NCBI GenBank assembly: GCA_025201805.1
Contig: MU619393.1
Location: 3,221 to 67,220 of the forward strand
From: Parasitella parasitica NRRL 2501
Taxonomy: Eukaryota; Fungi; Mucoromycota
Length of the DNA: 64,000 nt
Reading direction: 5' to 3'
In this document: one piece after another, positions 50,501-64,000 of the stretch
Position numbering within the stretch: position 1 is the stretch's first letter
How the letters are laid out: each line of letters opens with the position of its first letter
Made by a program: the position numbers and the translations under genes
Notes under the pieces: model-generated
Databases searched by the model: none
Seen by the model: only the letters and a program-made list of their open reading frames with translations
What the model was told of the DNA's origin: nothing

Positions 50501-51311
50501 ACTTGCCGGTTGGCCAAAGATTGTCCTTTGAGATCAATGTCCACAAAAATGTATTGGCATTAGGATTAGATACTCGAGGAGATAAGGTGCTGGTTGGTGA
50601 TTTAATGCAGTCTATGTCAGTTTTGAAAATGACAAGCCAAGATCCTTTGAAGCTAGATGTATTGGCAGTGGACAGCAAACCAGTTTGGATGACAGCTGTC
50701 AAGTTTGTCAACGATTACACTTATATTGGAGCTGATGATAGAAACAACATATTCACACTGGCGTTGGATCAAAATGAAAATAACGAAGGAAACATATCAA
50801 AATTACAGCTGAAAGGGGGATTTCATGTTGGATCACTGATTAACTGCTTCCGACCAGGTACAATAAAGTCTATACACACGCAAATGTTAGACGACTCAAT
50901 ATATTATTAGATACTTTGGTAGATGTATTGTCGACTGGAATCAAGGATAAGGATGCACTGACAAAATGCACTGCAAAGTCATTCACATTTGCCACCGTAC
51001 ATGGATCCATTGGAACAGTGAAGACAATATCACAAAAGTCATTTGAAATGTTCAACGTGCTGCAGCAATATATTTTACTCGAAAATACAAATGTGGGCAA
51101 TCTCAAATATTCGTCATGGCGAAACTACAAGCCCAAATTACAACAAATGTACCATCAGCAGGAGATCACAACCTATTTAGATGGTGATTTACTGAAGAAG
51201 TTTCAGTGTTTGACATATACAGCCAAGTACAAGATATTACAGCAGCATGAACTACTAAGAAGATACAGTATCATTGAAATGGAAGGACTTATTAATAGCC
51301 TAATTTCTTAA
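47520..51311 (+). CDS. DDB1: DNA damage-binding protein 1 (DDB1/CPSF-A beta-propeller family), divergent, multi-exon
   Basis: VPDPIGGVLSIGE, IGDAEG.LYML, FYIGSSQGD, FSNLGPIVDF, CSGVDKDGSLRVVENGIG, GSRPTIV, GRILVF, VLVGDLMQS, WMTAV, FHVGSLIN, and YLDGDLL. Confidence 0.88.
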
Positions 51312-51567
51312 TAAATATTTATTTGTTTGTGCTAATGCAATTCTATCGAGTGTTTCATATGTTACATATAGGGAGAAACTAAAAGAAAGAGGGGAGGCTT
51401 CGTTCACTGTCTCTGCCTGTCTGCCTCCCAAGAGTCACATTATTGGCTGTTATTTCAGAGTGTCTAATATGCGAAGGTTGGGTTCTCCACATAGTACACT
51501 CTCATTTAGTATGAATTTCTTTCTTCTTTCTTTCTCTTTCTTTTTACTTTTTTTTCCAACCCTTAAA

Positions 51568-54088
51568 ATGAACGTATTGCATTCTCATTTATCAACATTA
51601 TTTTCATTATGGACATCAGTAGACCTGGATACATGCTCAATGAACAGTAAATTACATGTAACACGAATACATAACAACAATATTCTTTTGGTTATTAATG
51701 CATTTGTACCCTAGAATGTGATTCATGAACTAGAAAAGCTGATCATGGCTGAGAAGCGGGAAAAGATGATACTTGCAGCCAACATTGAAGATGCAATGGT
51801 AATGAACCTTGCTTGAAAAGATAGGCTTGTGTGCGCTAACAAAGACAACAGACAAGCGTCGATTTAGCTTCTCAGTTACTGGGTGTTTCATTAGAAAATA
51901 TGCTGTACTCAAGCATCAGTAATGAAAAAATTAGCATCTCACCAGAGACACTGTCAATGTACAATAGCCTGAATCCCACTTTTCCTAAACAAAAGGCATT
52001 AATTGAGTTAGACTCTAGACTAACACATGTAACGTTGGAATGTTTACAGTTATTATTTTTGCTTAAAAAGTATTATTATTATCTTAGGAAATATCAACAA
52101 GGCAGCACTATGTTGATGAATGGCTAATATCCATACAGAAACTATGCAAAATACTAGACATTCCATATAGATTTAAATCAATAGAGGTATAAAAAAACTA
52201 TTCATTGTAATTTCAATTAGTAATGTTTGATATAGGAGTATCATGAAAATGATTTGTCTTGGGCCACCGTTCAATCAGTAAGCACATATTTATATTATCC
52301 CTTAAAATCAGCAAAGTTGGAAAGCTAACCCCCCTTTGCACATACAATAGATAAGTTGCGAGTTACGTGATTTAAAAGAAATTGAGGTATTTTTTTTTTT
52401 CTATATGCAATTGTAAAAATATAGACTAAGCAGCATATTACTATGAATAGGCATGCCGTATTCAGCAGTTCAATTCAACTATGAAATCAATTCATTATTA
52501 CTGGCATGTACTCCACTACCAACCAAATATAAACCACCAAGATAATACCATCGAGACAAACCTATTCGCCCTATACCAAAACTTTCCCTTAGACGTTGAT
52601 CTCAGCATGGTGAGAGACCAATATGAGCTATCCACATTTGATTACTATCGTCATCCCTCAAATCAGCTGCAATTGACAACCTGGACACTGGATTTACTGT
52701 ATAAAAAGCAGCGTGTGCTTCAATCCTTGTATGACGCTAGAATTCATGTATATAATCACTCGACTACAAGGATTAAAGCAGTGTGGGAAGAGTTTAATAT
52801 ACCCATCTTGGAGAGGCCCACCTTGCCACTTGGATTAAGCAACCAGAATATGATTCAACTGCAAGAAATTATGGATAGCATCGATCCTCTGGTGAAGAGC
52901 GTATTTGACAAGTACATTCAACAGGTAAAAACGACAAAGTTCTCCTTGAAGGTGATGTATGCTAAACCAACATGTTACAGTTTAAGGTTCAATTGATACC
53001 CTTATGGGATGCTTGCCTCCTATCACAGGTAGAAAGAGCAGAATTCATTGCATCCCTTTACGAAAAAAGTGAGTCCCTTTCCTGTAAAGTTGGTTCCCTA
53101 TTTAGCTTACATGTTGTTGTTGTTGTGATTATAGATACAAAACTGGAAATTAAATCACAAGTCGATCATCATATGACATATCTCACAAGTATCCACATTG
53201 AGGGCCAAGCGCTGAAAGCACTAATGAAGGAAAGAAAAGACTTGATTCAGGTACAAATCATCCAAAGGACTGATTTTCAACAAAGATCTAACGCTTCTAA
53301 CTCATGCAGAAAATGATTGACTTTGAGAAAACGGCCTCTGACCCCAAACGACTGTTTCAAGCTTCTTTCCAGCTGTTAGAAGAGGAAAAATGGCGCAATA
53401 ATTGTTTACCACGTTTATTATATTTAGACCGTCAATTGATCAAAGCGATCAATGAGTTTGAAAAACTCGCTGGCAAGCCCGTTATGATAGGAGAACGACG
53501 ATATCTCGATACTTTGGTAAGCATTGTAATGCGACGAACATTCAATCTCTAACAATACCCTCTTCCCCCCAACTTTTTTTTTCAACAACACAGTTGGATG
53601 AAATTGCCGACCGAGAGGCAAATCAAACGTTTTTCGGCTTCCTCAACTCTGACCCTGTCCAGGCACAAAAACGTGCAAAAAGCCGACCTGCATCAGTAGG
53701 TAGTTTAGGGTCGATCATGCAAGCCAAAAAGCCACATCAACTTAAAACACGCGCTATCTCTGCTATCATGACCTCAGTCGTCAGCAATACACAGAGCGTA
53801 CCAAAGAAGATTAAGCCATCTCAATCCATGCCGTTAAAAAAGAAACCTGTTGTGAAATCCCCTATTCCCCAAGAAAAGAAGGGTCAGCAACAGCAGCAAC
53901 AGCAGCAACAGGAAAAACAACAGCAGCAGGAGCAAGAGCAACCTCAAAACCAAGGCGAAATCTACTCTTCTACTGCATACATCAATTCAAACATCACACT
54001 TACAAAAGCATTCAGACAAAAAGGCCAAATGGCCTCTCTCATACCCATACCCGCTTCTCGAGCATTGACGACTACAAAATCTGTTTAA
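51568..54088 (+). CDS. Ase1/PRC1/MAP65-family microtubule bundler, many small exons, poly-Q in the basic tail
   Basis: Helical rod region and the conserved MIDFEKTASDPKRLFQASFQLLEEEKWR...LP motif, followed by a basic disordered C-terminus. Confidence 0.8.
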
Positions 54089-54314
54089 AAAGACATGAAT
54101 AAAATTGTAAAATATTCAATTATGCACTTGTAGATCAGCTCAATCTAGTCGCATTTGTTGGTGCTCGAGAAAACGGCTTCATTTCATGCAAAAAATAAAG
54201 GTTCGGCCTGTAAAGATCAGGCTATGCATTATTGTTGCTTTACATAAACATCAATAATAACCTAATTAAATTATGAAACGTTTAGCGCAGACCACTGCAA
54301 ATATATACTTTATC

Positions 54315-57300
54315 TTAGAGCATGTCATATTCATAAGACTTTCTACTGTCTACGTTTTTAGCATCTAAAGGGTCAATAACGCTTTCATTTGCGCGTCCAC
54401 TAACAGGCTTTTTCATTATAAAGCTGCTTCTTTTTCTAGGAGACAGTGGTTTCTGTTCAGACTTGAATAAATCCTGGCCGCCACCACCATCACTGCTATT
54501 CAGAGAAGAGGCAGAAGAAGGCTGCTTATCGGCAAGGCTGGCTTCGTTTTCCAACATCCACTGAAACTTGGCATTTGCATAGGCTTTAGGACTGGATAAC
54601 TGGAGATCCGGGTCTGATAAAAGGTCTTCAATTCTACTCTTGACCTGTTGCTTGGGTGGTGTGGGATTGATAGGAACGTAGGAAATTGGGATCTGAGGGA
54701 GCTTCTGCTCTTGGAAACCACCGGCAGCGGGTGGTAGAGGCTTGCTTTCTTTCTCAATAGTGAGCGAATCTATCTCGGCTGATATCAAAGAGGATGATGT
54801 TTGAGGAGGAATAAATATTGTTGCTGATGTTCTTTTAGCTGACACTGTAGAAGGAGGTGGGGATGAAGGCGTGGAGGGTATAGATGCAGCCTCTTTATGA
54901 TCCACCAAGTCCCATTTCCACTCTTCGCCATTGGAAGTGCTATCAGGTGTGCAGCCATCAATCGCACTCGCATCAAAATGAGCCTGCTTGCCTAGAAGGA
55001 CGTCGCGCACATGTTTGAGCCCTGCAAGTGCCATAATGATGGTAGCTTCATTTTGAGTAGGCCTTGTGACTAAAGTTTCGCTAAAGTTTTCTTTCTCTTC
55101 AGCAATGGACGAGTTATTACTATCATAGTTAGCCAGCTTTCCTTCTTCTTCTTTTCCTACCGCCTCATCTTTAGGCACATTTTGTAAATCCTCGGGTGAC
55201 CTTCGAATAGCCTCTTCTTTCTTTTCAGGAACACTTGTGTCAAGGAAAATCTCGTTTTCTAATAGAGAGATACATTTGGCCATCATATCCCCCATGCTGC
55301 GATTTACCGTTGCAAATCTTGCGAGATCTTCGTTGTTTTTAGGAAGAGGAATGGGAGGTGCACGTTGCTCGTATTTATGAGTATTGGTAATACGGCCAAT
55401 ACCAGAGGGAAACTCTGATGACACAGTGGATCTTCTTAGGCCCTCCTGCTGTTTTCCTAGAACGTTCTCACCAAAAGTATTTACATTTTTCTATATACAA
55501 ACATCATTAGAGAAAAAGATAATTTATTCGATATGCTACATACCATCACACCAGCAATAGCTCTGTTTAGATCTCTCACTTGAGAATTTTTCATCATGTT
55601 TGTCGTAATTCTTGAAAAACTCTCAAACCCTTGCGAGCTTCTATGGTTAAGGGTTCGCTGTTGAACAGGTTGCCGCTGTTGCTGTTCCGAATAAGCTGTG
55701 GCACCAGACAATCCCTCAGGTACGCCATCCGACATGCTGTTTCGAGGATCCTTTCCAGATCTAATATCAATTTGCTGTAAAATATGCAAAGCAGTGTCTT
55801 CAGATAGGTCTTTTTGTAAATCCTTTGCTTGCTCAACTAAAGATGCAGGCTTGGAAACCTGAGGCGGTCTCATCAATAGTGTTAAGCATTCAGCATAATC
55901 TTTCCGCAACACTGAATAAGACTATTAGAAGCGACGCAAATAGAGCATTCTTTGTATACAAACGTTGATCCCTCATGCGTAATAGAATGACCAAACACAC
56001 ATATTCCACAATTTTAAGCGTTGGATCTTGGGCAAAAATAGCATCCCAGAGTTTCATTAGTTCATATATGTCAAATTCTCGTCCAAAGAGTAATCGGATC
56101 CAACGGCTTGGCCAAAGGTTAGCTACTAGACAGGTGTACAAACATGAGTATTATTTATGCTTACATTCCGTATAACTGAGGTTCAATGCCAAAACTCTCC
56201 AAATGACGATACAATAATGGATCAACAGTGCGAAGATATTGATGGTGAATACGATGGCAAGTCATTACAACAGGATTTAATTGAGCACTCTAATAGTCAA
56301 GAGATGTATTTAGAACCAAGTACCAAATAGTGTTGCTACCAGATAAAAACTTACATCAGTAAGCTTGGGTATATGGTTTGACAAGATGTCAGGCTAACGA
56401 TTCAACAAAAGGGTAAATATACATCATAGCTTTGATCAAAATCATATATAAAAACCTTAGTGTTGTTTTTGGCTGCTTTGTGATTTGGTGAATCGTCGTT
56501 GAATTCGTACCATGCTTTCCCAAAAGTCATAAGATTATCAAACAAAATGTATGCGTCATGCTCTACAAACGCCGAGTCCAAAACCTGAAGCATCAACTTG
56601 GTGGCAGGGCTACATTTAAAAGTGAGAATCTACAAAGAAGTTTGCTGGGGAGCAACAAACTTACTCGATATGGCCTTGATCTACTTGATCCGTATCCAAG
56701 CTTTCAGTTGCAAGAACCCAATATAATGGAGCCAACAATTCATGCATGCCTTGGCGATAAGAGACATCGCGGTTCAGCTTGCAATAAATAAACAAAATGT
56801 CGGTTAATCGCTGTTGTACATGGTTATCGCGAAAGAAATCGACGTCTGGAAAACTAATTGTGTTCTTTTGAAATTGAGTTGGATGCACTACCAGATATTT
56901 TCAGTTCCTTACGTTCTTTCCACATCTTGACGAATGACAGTACGGATTTCGGTATCCGCAAAATACTGTTGCCATGGATTCTAGAAAAAGAGGCATCAGT
57001 ACGAAATATTGCTGCAATGACAGAGATTTATGTTACGCTATCGCTAAGTGCCAAAGGATTGTTATCTGAAAGGTCTTCCTCGCCCTTTTTGTTCATTTTT
57101 TCAGCAGGCTCATCAATGTACTTTCGTCTTAAATCCGTATAATGTTGGCGTTGTTCCAATTGCAATGACGGCCAGGTCGAGACTTCCAAGGTGGGAAGAT
57201 ACCCGAGAAATATCTGTTTTTACTCTGTTGAGTGCATATTTACGTCTCGTAACAAGTTACTAACCTTCCAGCAAACCGAGCGCAATCCATTTTGACATAC

Positions 57301-57459
57301 ACTACCTGCGACTGCTCGGTGTCGAAGCGAGTTGAGAGATAAATTTGGATCATCAAAAATAATATCCCAGGCTTTCCTGTTTGTATGCTTGTCTTAAGTT
57401 ACTGTTTCCTGCGTGGAATTTTTTCGTTCTTACCTCTTTGTTTCAAGTATTTGTGTCAT
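54315..57459 (-). CDS. TBC-domain Rab GTPase-activating protein, TBC1D5-like, multi-exon
   Basis: GLRSVCWK, DNPLAL, IRQDVERTFPD (R finger), SYRQGMHELLAP (Q finger), EHDAY, and RWIRLLFGREF..LWDAIFA. Confidence 0.9.
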
Positions 57460-57683
57460 GATTCAAATAATGGATGAATAAGAGACTGAGTGATAAATAC
57501 GAGAAGAAAAGAAAAAATAATTATGCGGTGTCCTCTTCTGATGGTTTGTTCAACAACACTTATTTGATCCCCGGTTTTTATGTATTAGCCTTTATTTATT
57601 GTCACATTGAGAGTTTCTTCTTGTGTCAGAAGGTAGTTTCTCTCAAATCGAGAAGAAGAAGTAAGTATAATACGGCATCTAAG

Positions 57684-57726
<43 letters not shown>

Positions 57727-57867
57727 TCGGTCGATTAAGCTTGTTTTTTGCACTGTCAAGTGGTTTGTAATTTTGTCAAGATAATGGCAACCATAAACAA
57801 GAGACAACAAGCTTATTAGCGCGTAAAAATACAACAGGAAAAGTCAACACGGTTTTATATCTATTAT

Positions 57868-60292
57868 TTACACATCAATCCCCCAATCACCCACGGTTCT
57901 CATTGCTTCTTCGTCACCATGTACAATTTTTGAACCATCTTCACCGCCAAGGACATCAGCAATGCATTGCCATGGATCACGCGCACCTCCCCATTTTAAC
58001 AGATTATCTCTAAATGCTTGCCCCTTTTCTCTGTCCAATGGATTGGACTTGAAGCTCGTTTCCCATACTCGTCTTGCTAATGTTCTGTCAAATAAATATG
58101 AGTAGTAGTTGGATCCATAGCCAAACAAATGGCCAAACTGAACAGGCCACATAGTGCCAGGCACGCTGGGAAAGAGGCCAACTTGATCTTGAAGTTTATG
58201 CCATTCGGCTACACTAGAGAACTGGTGATCGCCCACCTGCGATGAATGGTATCGCTGATCAACCAAAGCCATCAGAATTTGACTATTGATCTCAATGCCA
58301 CTGAATCTTTTGCGCTGTTCCAAGAATGCTTGCACACCATCGGGTGATACACTCCCATTAGCAAATAAGGGCAGCACCTTGGGATGCCAGGCGAAATGTT
58401 CCATCAGAATAGAAGGCAGTTCGACGAAATCAGAGGCGCATCGAGTTCCTGCTACGTTGTGAAAATGAGAGCGGCCCAGCATGGAGTGCATGGCGTGGCC
58501 CATTTCATGAAACAGTGTTTCTACCTCAAACATGGAGAGCAAGGCAGGCTTTGCACTGGCAGAGAAATCGCATGTCAAGACAATCATTGGCAGCTGAAAC
58601 AAGCCTTTGTGGCCTGCAACAGATTCAGCAGGCGGTTCAACAGGCGGCAGAAAGTTGGCAACATCTACACCACGGCCAGGGAATGCATATTTGACGTCGT
58701 TTGCAGTATCGTCATCGTCCACGCGGCGAGATGTGCGGATGGTATAGTGCGCTGCATTGGTTGTTTTCCCAGGGCGAGAGAATAAATCGCAGTAAATCGT
58801 GCCAATCTTGCCTTCTTGCTCACAAACGACGTCTAATTTACGAACGTGTTCATGCCACACTTCGCCAGATCTAAGAGAAGCATGCTCAAATTCAACACCG
58901 TACAAATGCTTAAAGAGCCTTGAAAGTCCTTGAATGACTGACCCGACGGAAAAATAAGGCATGTTGATGAGCGACGATCGAGAAGGGCTAGACATTTGCA
59001 TATAAAAGTCGCGATCCCACGCATTGACGGTAGGAAGGTAGCTTAAACGCAGGTCGTCCTGCTTTGTAATTTGGAGTAAATTGAGATCATTCTTAAACGT
59101 GGGCTCCTGATGGCCAAATAGAGTTCTAAGAAATGCATCCACATTATCTGCAGAAAATTAGATGCTATTTGCTTTATAACACAGAATTGATAAATCCTTA
59201 CTTGGGTTTTTGGCCATCTTGTCCTCCAGCTGCAAATCAGCATAAGATTCTTTTCCAATCAAGGTGGCTAATGCTGAACGAGTCTTCACAAGTTGCTCTA
59301 ATGTTGCGATGCTTCCTTTTGTCGCGGAATTCATCGATTCATATGCTTTTTTGCGTACATTTTCGTTTTGAGCATACTTCAAGATCATTTGACATTCGGG
59401 CGAGTCAGTTGGGACATAGGCATAACCGTCGTTACTGACTGCAGATCGGATCAGGCTGGGATTGACACCGCCCAACGCTGAATGTTTGATTTTCACTTGC
59501 TTGATGGCTCTTGGATTCATTTGGATAAACTCTCGGCCGAGGTGAATGATTTGGTCTGATAAATTAACAAATTCGGCTCTCTGTTGGTTGCGTAAATGGA
59601 TGCCAGATTTATGAAAATCTCTTAAAAATACTGTAGCGGCGGCATATTCATCAGCAGTGAACTTGGAAACAATCGACTTGTCAGCGAATACCAGTGATAG
59701 GACCTAATAATACATCATCAATAAAACCAAGTCAACTTGCTTCTGTATCGCATACCTGAAAGATGCGAACATCTGTATTTAACGTATTCATGTAAGAACA
59801 TAAATCCCCATAAGCCTTGTTGGCGGTTTCCATCATAACCTGGTCAGGATGAGCATTGCGAACAAATTCGGCCATATCAATTACGACGCAAAGAGTATCT
59901 GATAATCTGTCCAAGTTTTTCACAACTTTGGCCATTTCTTCAGGCCCATTGTCGGGTGCGTTGCAGATACGTTCAACAATGATTTGAGCTTGCTGAATGG
60001 CTTGTTGTGTAGCAAAGGCAATACCATGAACATTACTAAAATAAGGGCTTTCGAATAGCCCTACAGGCTCTGAAGATGCTGCATAGGACGAATTCTGTTT
60101 CCAAGCAGTATTATCGTCAAAGATGGAACGAAGATGATCATTTTTGTCTTTTCTATTCTCGACAGTGCTGGTTGCAGTGTTCGCTCGACGAAGGGTGGTA
60201 AAACGAGAGGATTGAGAAGCAATTAAACGAGATGCTTTAATAATTACATTTTTACGCAATTGAGGTAATGATTCAATAACGGATATCGACAT
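57868..60292 (-). CDS. OCT1: Mitochondrial intermediate peptidase (M3 metallopeptidase), 3 exons
   Basis: R/S-rich presequence, LDRLSDTLCVVIDMAEFVRNAHP, LFHEMGHAMHSMLGR, GTRCASDFVELPSILME, and FGHLFGYG..YYSYL. Confidence 0.95.
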
Positions 60293-60525
60293 GACAGTGT
60301 AATCGATATATGTGGTTTCAAACAAGAGAGAGAGAGGGACTACATAATAGCCGCCGGGGAGTGATGCAATGTCTCTCCGCATTAGATCCCAAAATCTCAA
60401 TGATGCAGTAAAAGGCCTCCTCATAGGTTAGAAGTCTAATTAACGAATTTACCCGCGAACTAGGTTAACAAAGACATTCTTATTTCTTTCTTTTCTTTTA
60501 TTCATCTTTTAATAAACGAGAAAAT

Positions 60526-62746
60526 ATGGCAGGACCATCCAAAGGTTTGCTAAATACAACGTAAATATCTCCAAATCAATTAACTTTTTCTTTTTTGTAT
60601 AGGGATACGCTTAAGTTTTCTAGCCCAAGCTGACCAGAACAAATACGAAATGCTGTTTTCCCAAGTCGCTGGTGGAAGTAACATTTTATCTGGTAGATAT
60701 GTGGCCTAGATATGGAAAAGAAAAGCGATTAAGATTTATTTGAATTTAGCTACTGCTGCTAAAGAAGTTCTTTCTCGGTCCAACATTGGTGACGATAACC
60801 TTGCTCACATTTGGTATTTTGAATCGTAATCGCAGGACATAAAGCACAACCTCTTATACGAATACTTGCATAGGGATCTATCCAACGTTACCAATCAACC
60901 GCAACTGTCTTTTCCAGAATTCGCAACTGCAATGTATCTCACATCTATGGAAATGACAGGCATCGATATTCCAGCTGCATTACCTGACGATATCCGTAAT
61001 GAAATCCGTAATGCAGTAATTGCAGTGCAAAATGAACCTCAACAATCACTTATTCCACAGCAATCTACTGGTTTTCTACCATTGCAGTCTACTGGATATG
61101 TATCGTCGCAAACTACTGGCTATGGCATGCAGCAACCTATGATGACGGGTGTTTCGCCGATGAATGGAGGGCCTCAAGTTGCTATGCCTACCGGTATGGC
61201 AAACAACAACATGGATTTTACAAATCGAATGATGCCACATACAGCAACTTATACACCTCCTAGTGGGTTTGAGAGCTTATCAAAGAATGTCAAGATTCCT
61301 TGGGCTGTTACTGCTGAGGAAAAGAAACGATATTCTAAAATTTTCAAAGCTTGGGATACTGAAAATAAGGGTATATTATCTGGAGATAAATCAAAGGAGA
61401 TATTTTCACAATCTGGATTACCACAGAATGTGCTTATGCAAATCTGGAACTTATCAGACCCTAACAATCAAGGCAAATTGAATTTGGACGAATTCTCGGT
61501 GGCAATGCATTTGATCTACAGAAAGTTAAATGGCTATAATGTTCCAGAGACCTTACCTGCAGAACTGGTTCCACCTTCTCACAGAGATTTAACAGACAGT
61601 GTCAGTCAACTGAAAAAATCCATCTTGGATGATATTGCCAAGAAACGGCACTTGAACAACTTTCGCTCTACACCTTCTGAATCACCCATCACTACAAACA
61701 GATCCATAAGTAGCCCTGCTTCTCGCAATATTAAAAAGAAGGACGAAGAGGATAAAGATACTGAAGTAGGTTATGTATCAAGCGCTCGTCGAATGGGTCC
61801 TGATAGAACTCGAAACAGAGACCTTGGAAGTGGAAATGCATCACCGTCCAATTCTAGTTATGGTTATCGTGGAAAACAGACTCGTGTTTTTGATCTTAGA
61901 AAGGAAATCGAAGAGAAAAAGAAACTAATTCAACAATTAGAAGATGACACTACTCACCGTGTAGCTACACCCTACAGCGAGCTATCAGCACTTGATAAAA
62001 AGGACATTGACGGTCTCAAAGAAAGAATAAGGGAATTGCAGCATGAGATTTCCAAGACAGGAAGCGAACAAGGACAAGATGCCTGGAGTACATATATTGC
62101 CAAAACTGCAGAATTATCAAGCTTAGCAGATCAAGAAAAATCGCTCGAGGCAGATATTCAATACATGTTGGATGTAACATTGAAAGGCTTATTGGCGCAA
62201 GTAGATGAAACGGAAAATGATCTACATGATAAAAAGATTCAATTAATCAAATCCAAGGCATCAGCTACAGCATCATCATCTTCACCCGCTGCTGAGGTAC
62301 CGCTAAACATTGTAGGTACAGGACCTAATGGTGAAGTAACTGAAAGTGATCGCATCAAAGCCAAAGCAAAAGCCATGGTGGCTGCTCGAATGGGCAAAAT
62401 AACAGGTAAATCTTTACCACCGTCCGCGACCAACACCAAAGCAGAAATCGACAAAATCAGTGAAGAAAGAGAAGAATTCAAATTATATACCGACTCCATT
62501 ACTGATAGCTTGAAGGAGATTGAACAGGCCCTCAATACCATTCACATGGAAATAAGCATGATTGGTTTAGACATTAGAAAACAAGATCAAGATCAAAAGA
62601 AGATTGAAGAAAGAGCTAGGTTTGATCATGGAGAAAACGTCGCCAAGGATTTGAAGGAATTCATCTCTCAATTGACTTACGATGCCGCACTAGCTAAAGC
62701 TCCTGATGTTGATCCAGATTTCGAATCAAGGTTTCCTTCGTTTTAA
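60526..62746 (+). CDS. Pan1-like EH-domain endocytic scaffold, short form (~680 aa)
   Basis: RLSFLAQADQNKYE.LF, two EH domains (LSFPEFATAMYL; IPWAVT.EEKKRY..IF..WD; IWNLSD..NQGKLN.DEFSVAMHLIY), Q[S/T]TG repeats, a coiled coil, and GPNGEVTESDRIKAKAKAM. Confidence 0.85.
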
Positions 62747-63027
62747 TACTGTCATAAACAAATAGAATCCTTTTTTTTTCACTTTGCTTTTCTTTTTGCT
62801 TTCTTTAAATTATGGTAATGTCATACATCGTAGCTTTAACATTCTATTTAAAGCTTGAGTGTCGATCAACTTCTTGTGCCGTAAAATTCCAATCATAGAT
62901 CTGTACCATCCAAAAGGTATATAGTGACTCCTAATTACCTGAATGGAAGAAGATTCTGATAAAATCAATAAATATAAGACATGCTTACCTGCTATTCTCA
63001 TAATCATTGCTCTTTATAAGTAATATT

Positions 63028-63205
63028 GATGTGCCAATTTCCCAAACGGAAGTCAAACTCAAACAACTCTTATAATGAACACAACCCAGGAACGTGTCCA
63101 TTAAATTGTGTTCTATAATATTTATAGCTCTACATGACATGTTCATGGACAGAGGATACAATCTATCGTCCCATCATCACCTACTTGTTCCGCACTTTCT
63201 AAGAT
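63028..63205 (+). repeat. Dispersed non-coding repeat, copy C
   Basis: GATGTGCCAATTTCCCAAACGGAAGTCAAACTCAAAC...TGAACACAACCCAGGAA matches copy B. ACATGACATGTTCATGGAC...GATACAATCTATCGT matches the reverse complement of copy A. Confidence 0.85.
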
Positions 63206-64000
63206 ACATTTTAGTTCAAATTTTAGTGAACTATATATCTCGCAAAAATTATAAAAAGAAGCCACTTTCACCCAAGAAGAGTTGTTCTTGGTTAGATCTC
63301 CTTTTCACACTCCCCTAGCAATTTCTCTATAATCTAATTCTCCTCTTTCCTTTTTTAATGATTAATATGTTGCTTGAATAAATCCATTTGCGTATCTTCT
63401 TAACTATATGTTTCTTATTATCTAATAAGGCCCTAGATCCCTGATAAAACGAAATCTTAACCTAATTAATTCACAATAGTTTTATTCTGATAACTTTATT
63501 TGTATGCAATGAAAACAAATAAGCTATTGATGAACATTGACATATAAGTAACCTGATAATAGATAACAAATTCAGTGCTATTGGGCAGCTTTGATGCTTA
63601 TTTAAACACTGTAAATCGCAAAGAACTGGCAATTCAAAAAAAAAAGCGGTGTTTCAAATTTTAAACTCCGAATTCTCAAAAAATTTGCCACTGGCAATTT
63701 GGGCGACCGATTGGGAGCAAATATGTAATATTTATGATAAATATTGAAAAATAAAACTGGTTTTGCAGATAACTTGTGATGGAAAGGTCGCCCAGTGGAA
63801 AGCAAGTTATGCTCATATAGCGATGATCATGCCTGTACTTATGGCGCATGAGACAGTGTTTTATTTTGCTGTTTATGGAGGCCTATCATCGATTATATGC
63901 AATTCTGATATGTAAATTTGTGATATCATCTGATAATTTTGTAGATATCAATAAAAACATGGATGCAAATGTTGTTGGCAGATAGCGCCAAGTCAACGCT

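Overview
A 64-kb stretch of a compact, AT-rich fungal chromosome with short (mostly 50-90 nt) spliceosomal introns. Gene style and content point to Mucoromycota, probably Mucorales (inference). It carries 17 intact protein-coding genes: VAC8 (partial), SEC62, TFB4, a phosducin-like PLP2, an SMG1-type PIKK kinase, UGP1, a FYV7-like rRNA-processing gene, a GPR89-like gene, a DCN1-like gene, an MFSD1-like transporter, a ~2,300-aa giant protein, a Q/P-rich unknown protein, RNR1, DDB1, an ASE1/PRC1 gene, a TBC1D5-like Rab-GAP and OCT1. A short PAN1-like gene also looks intact. A transposon-debris island (~39.8-47.3 kb) holds an internally deleted Helitron and a frameshifted PD-(D/E)xK nuclease-like gene. 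The most interesting items are: (1) the giant protein at 27.1-34.3 kb, which matches from memory a patchily distributed, functionally obscure family (planctomycete-type giant hypotheticals / Dictyostelium AbpF-like); (2) a non-coding repeat family present three times in the window, one copy joined to a ~0.8-kb LTR-like segment; (3) an intact SMG1 in a fungus; (4) GC-AG introns, a 10-nt microexon and extremely tight tandem gene spacing. All gene models were assembled by eye from the ORF track and splice signals, with no database searches. Coordinates span start to stop codon including introns.
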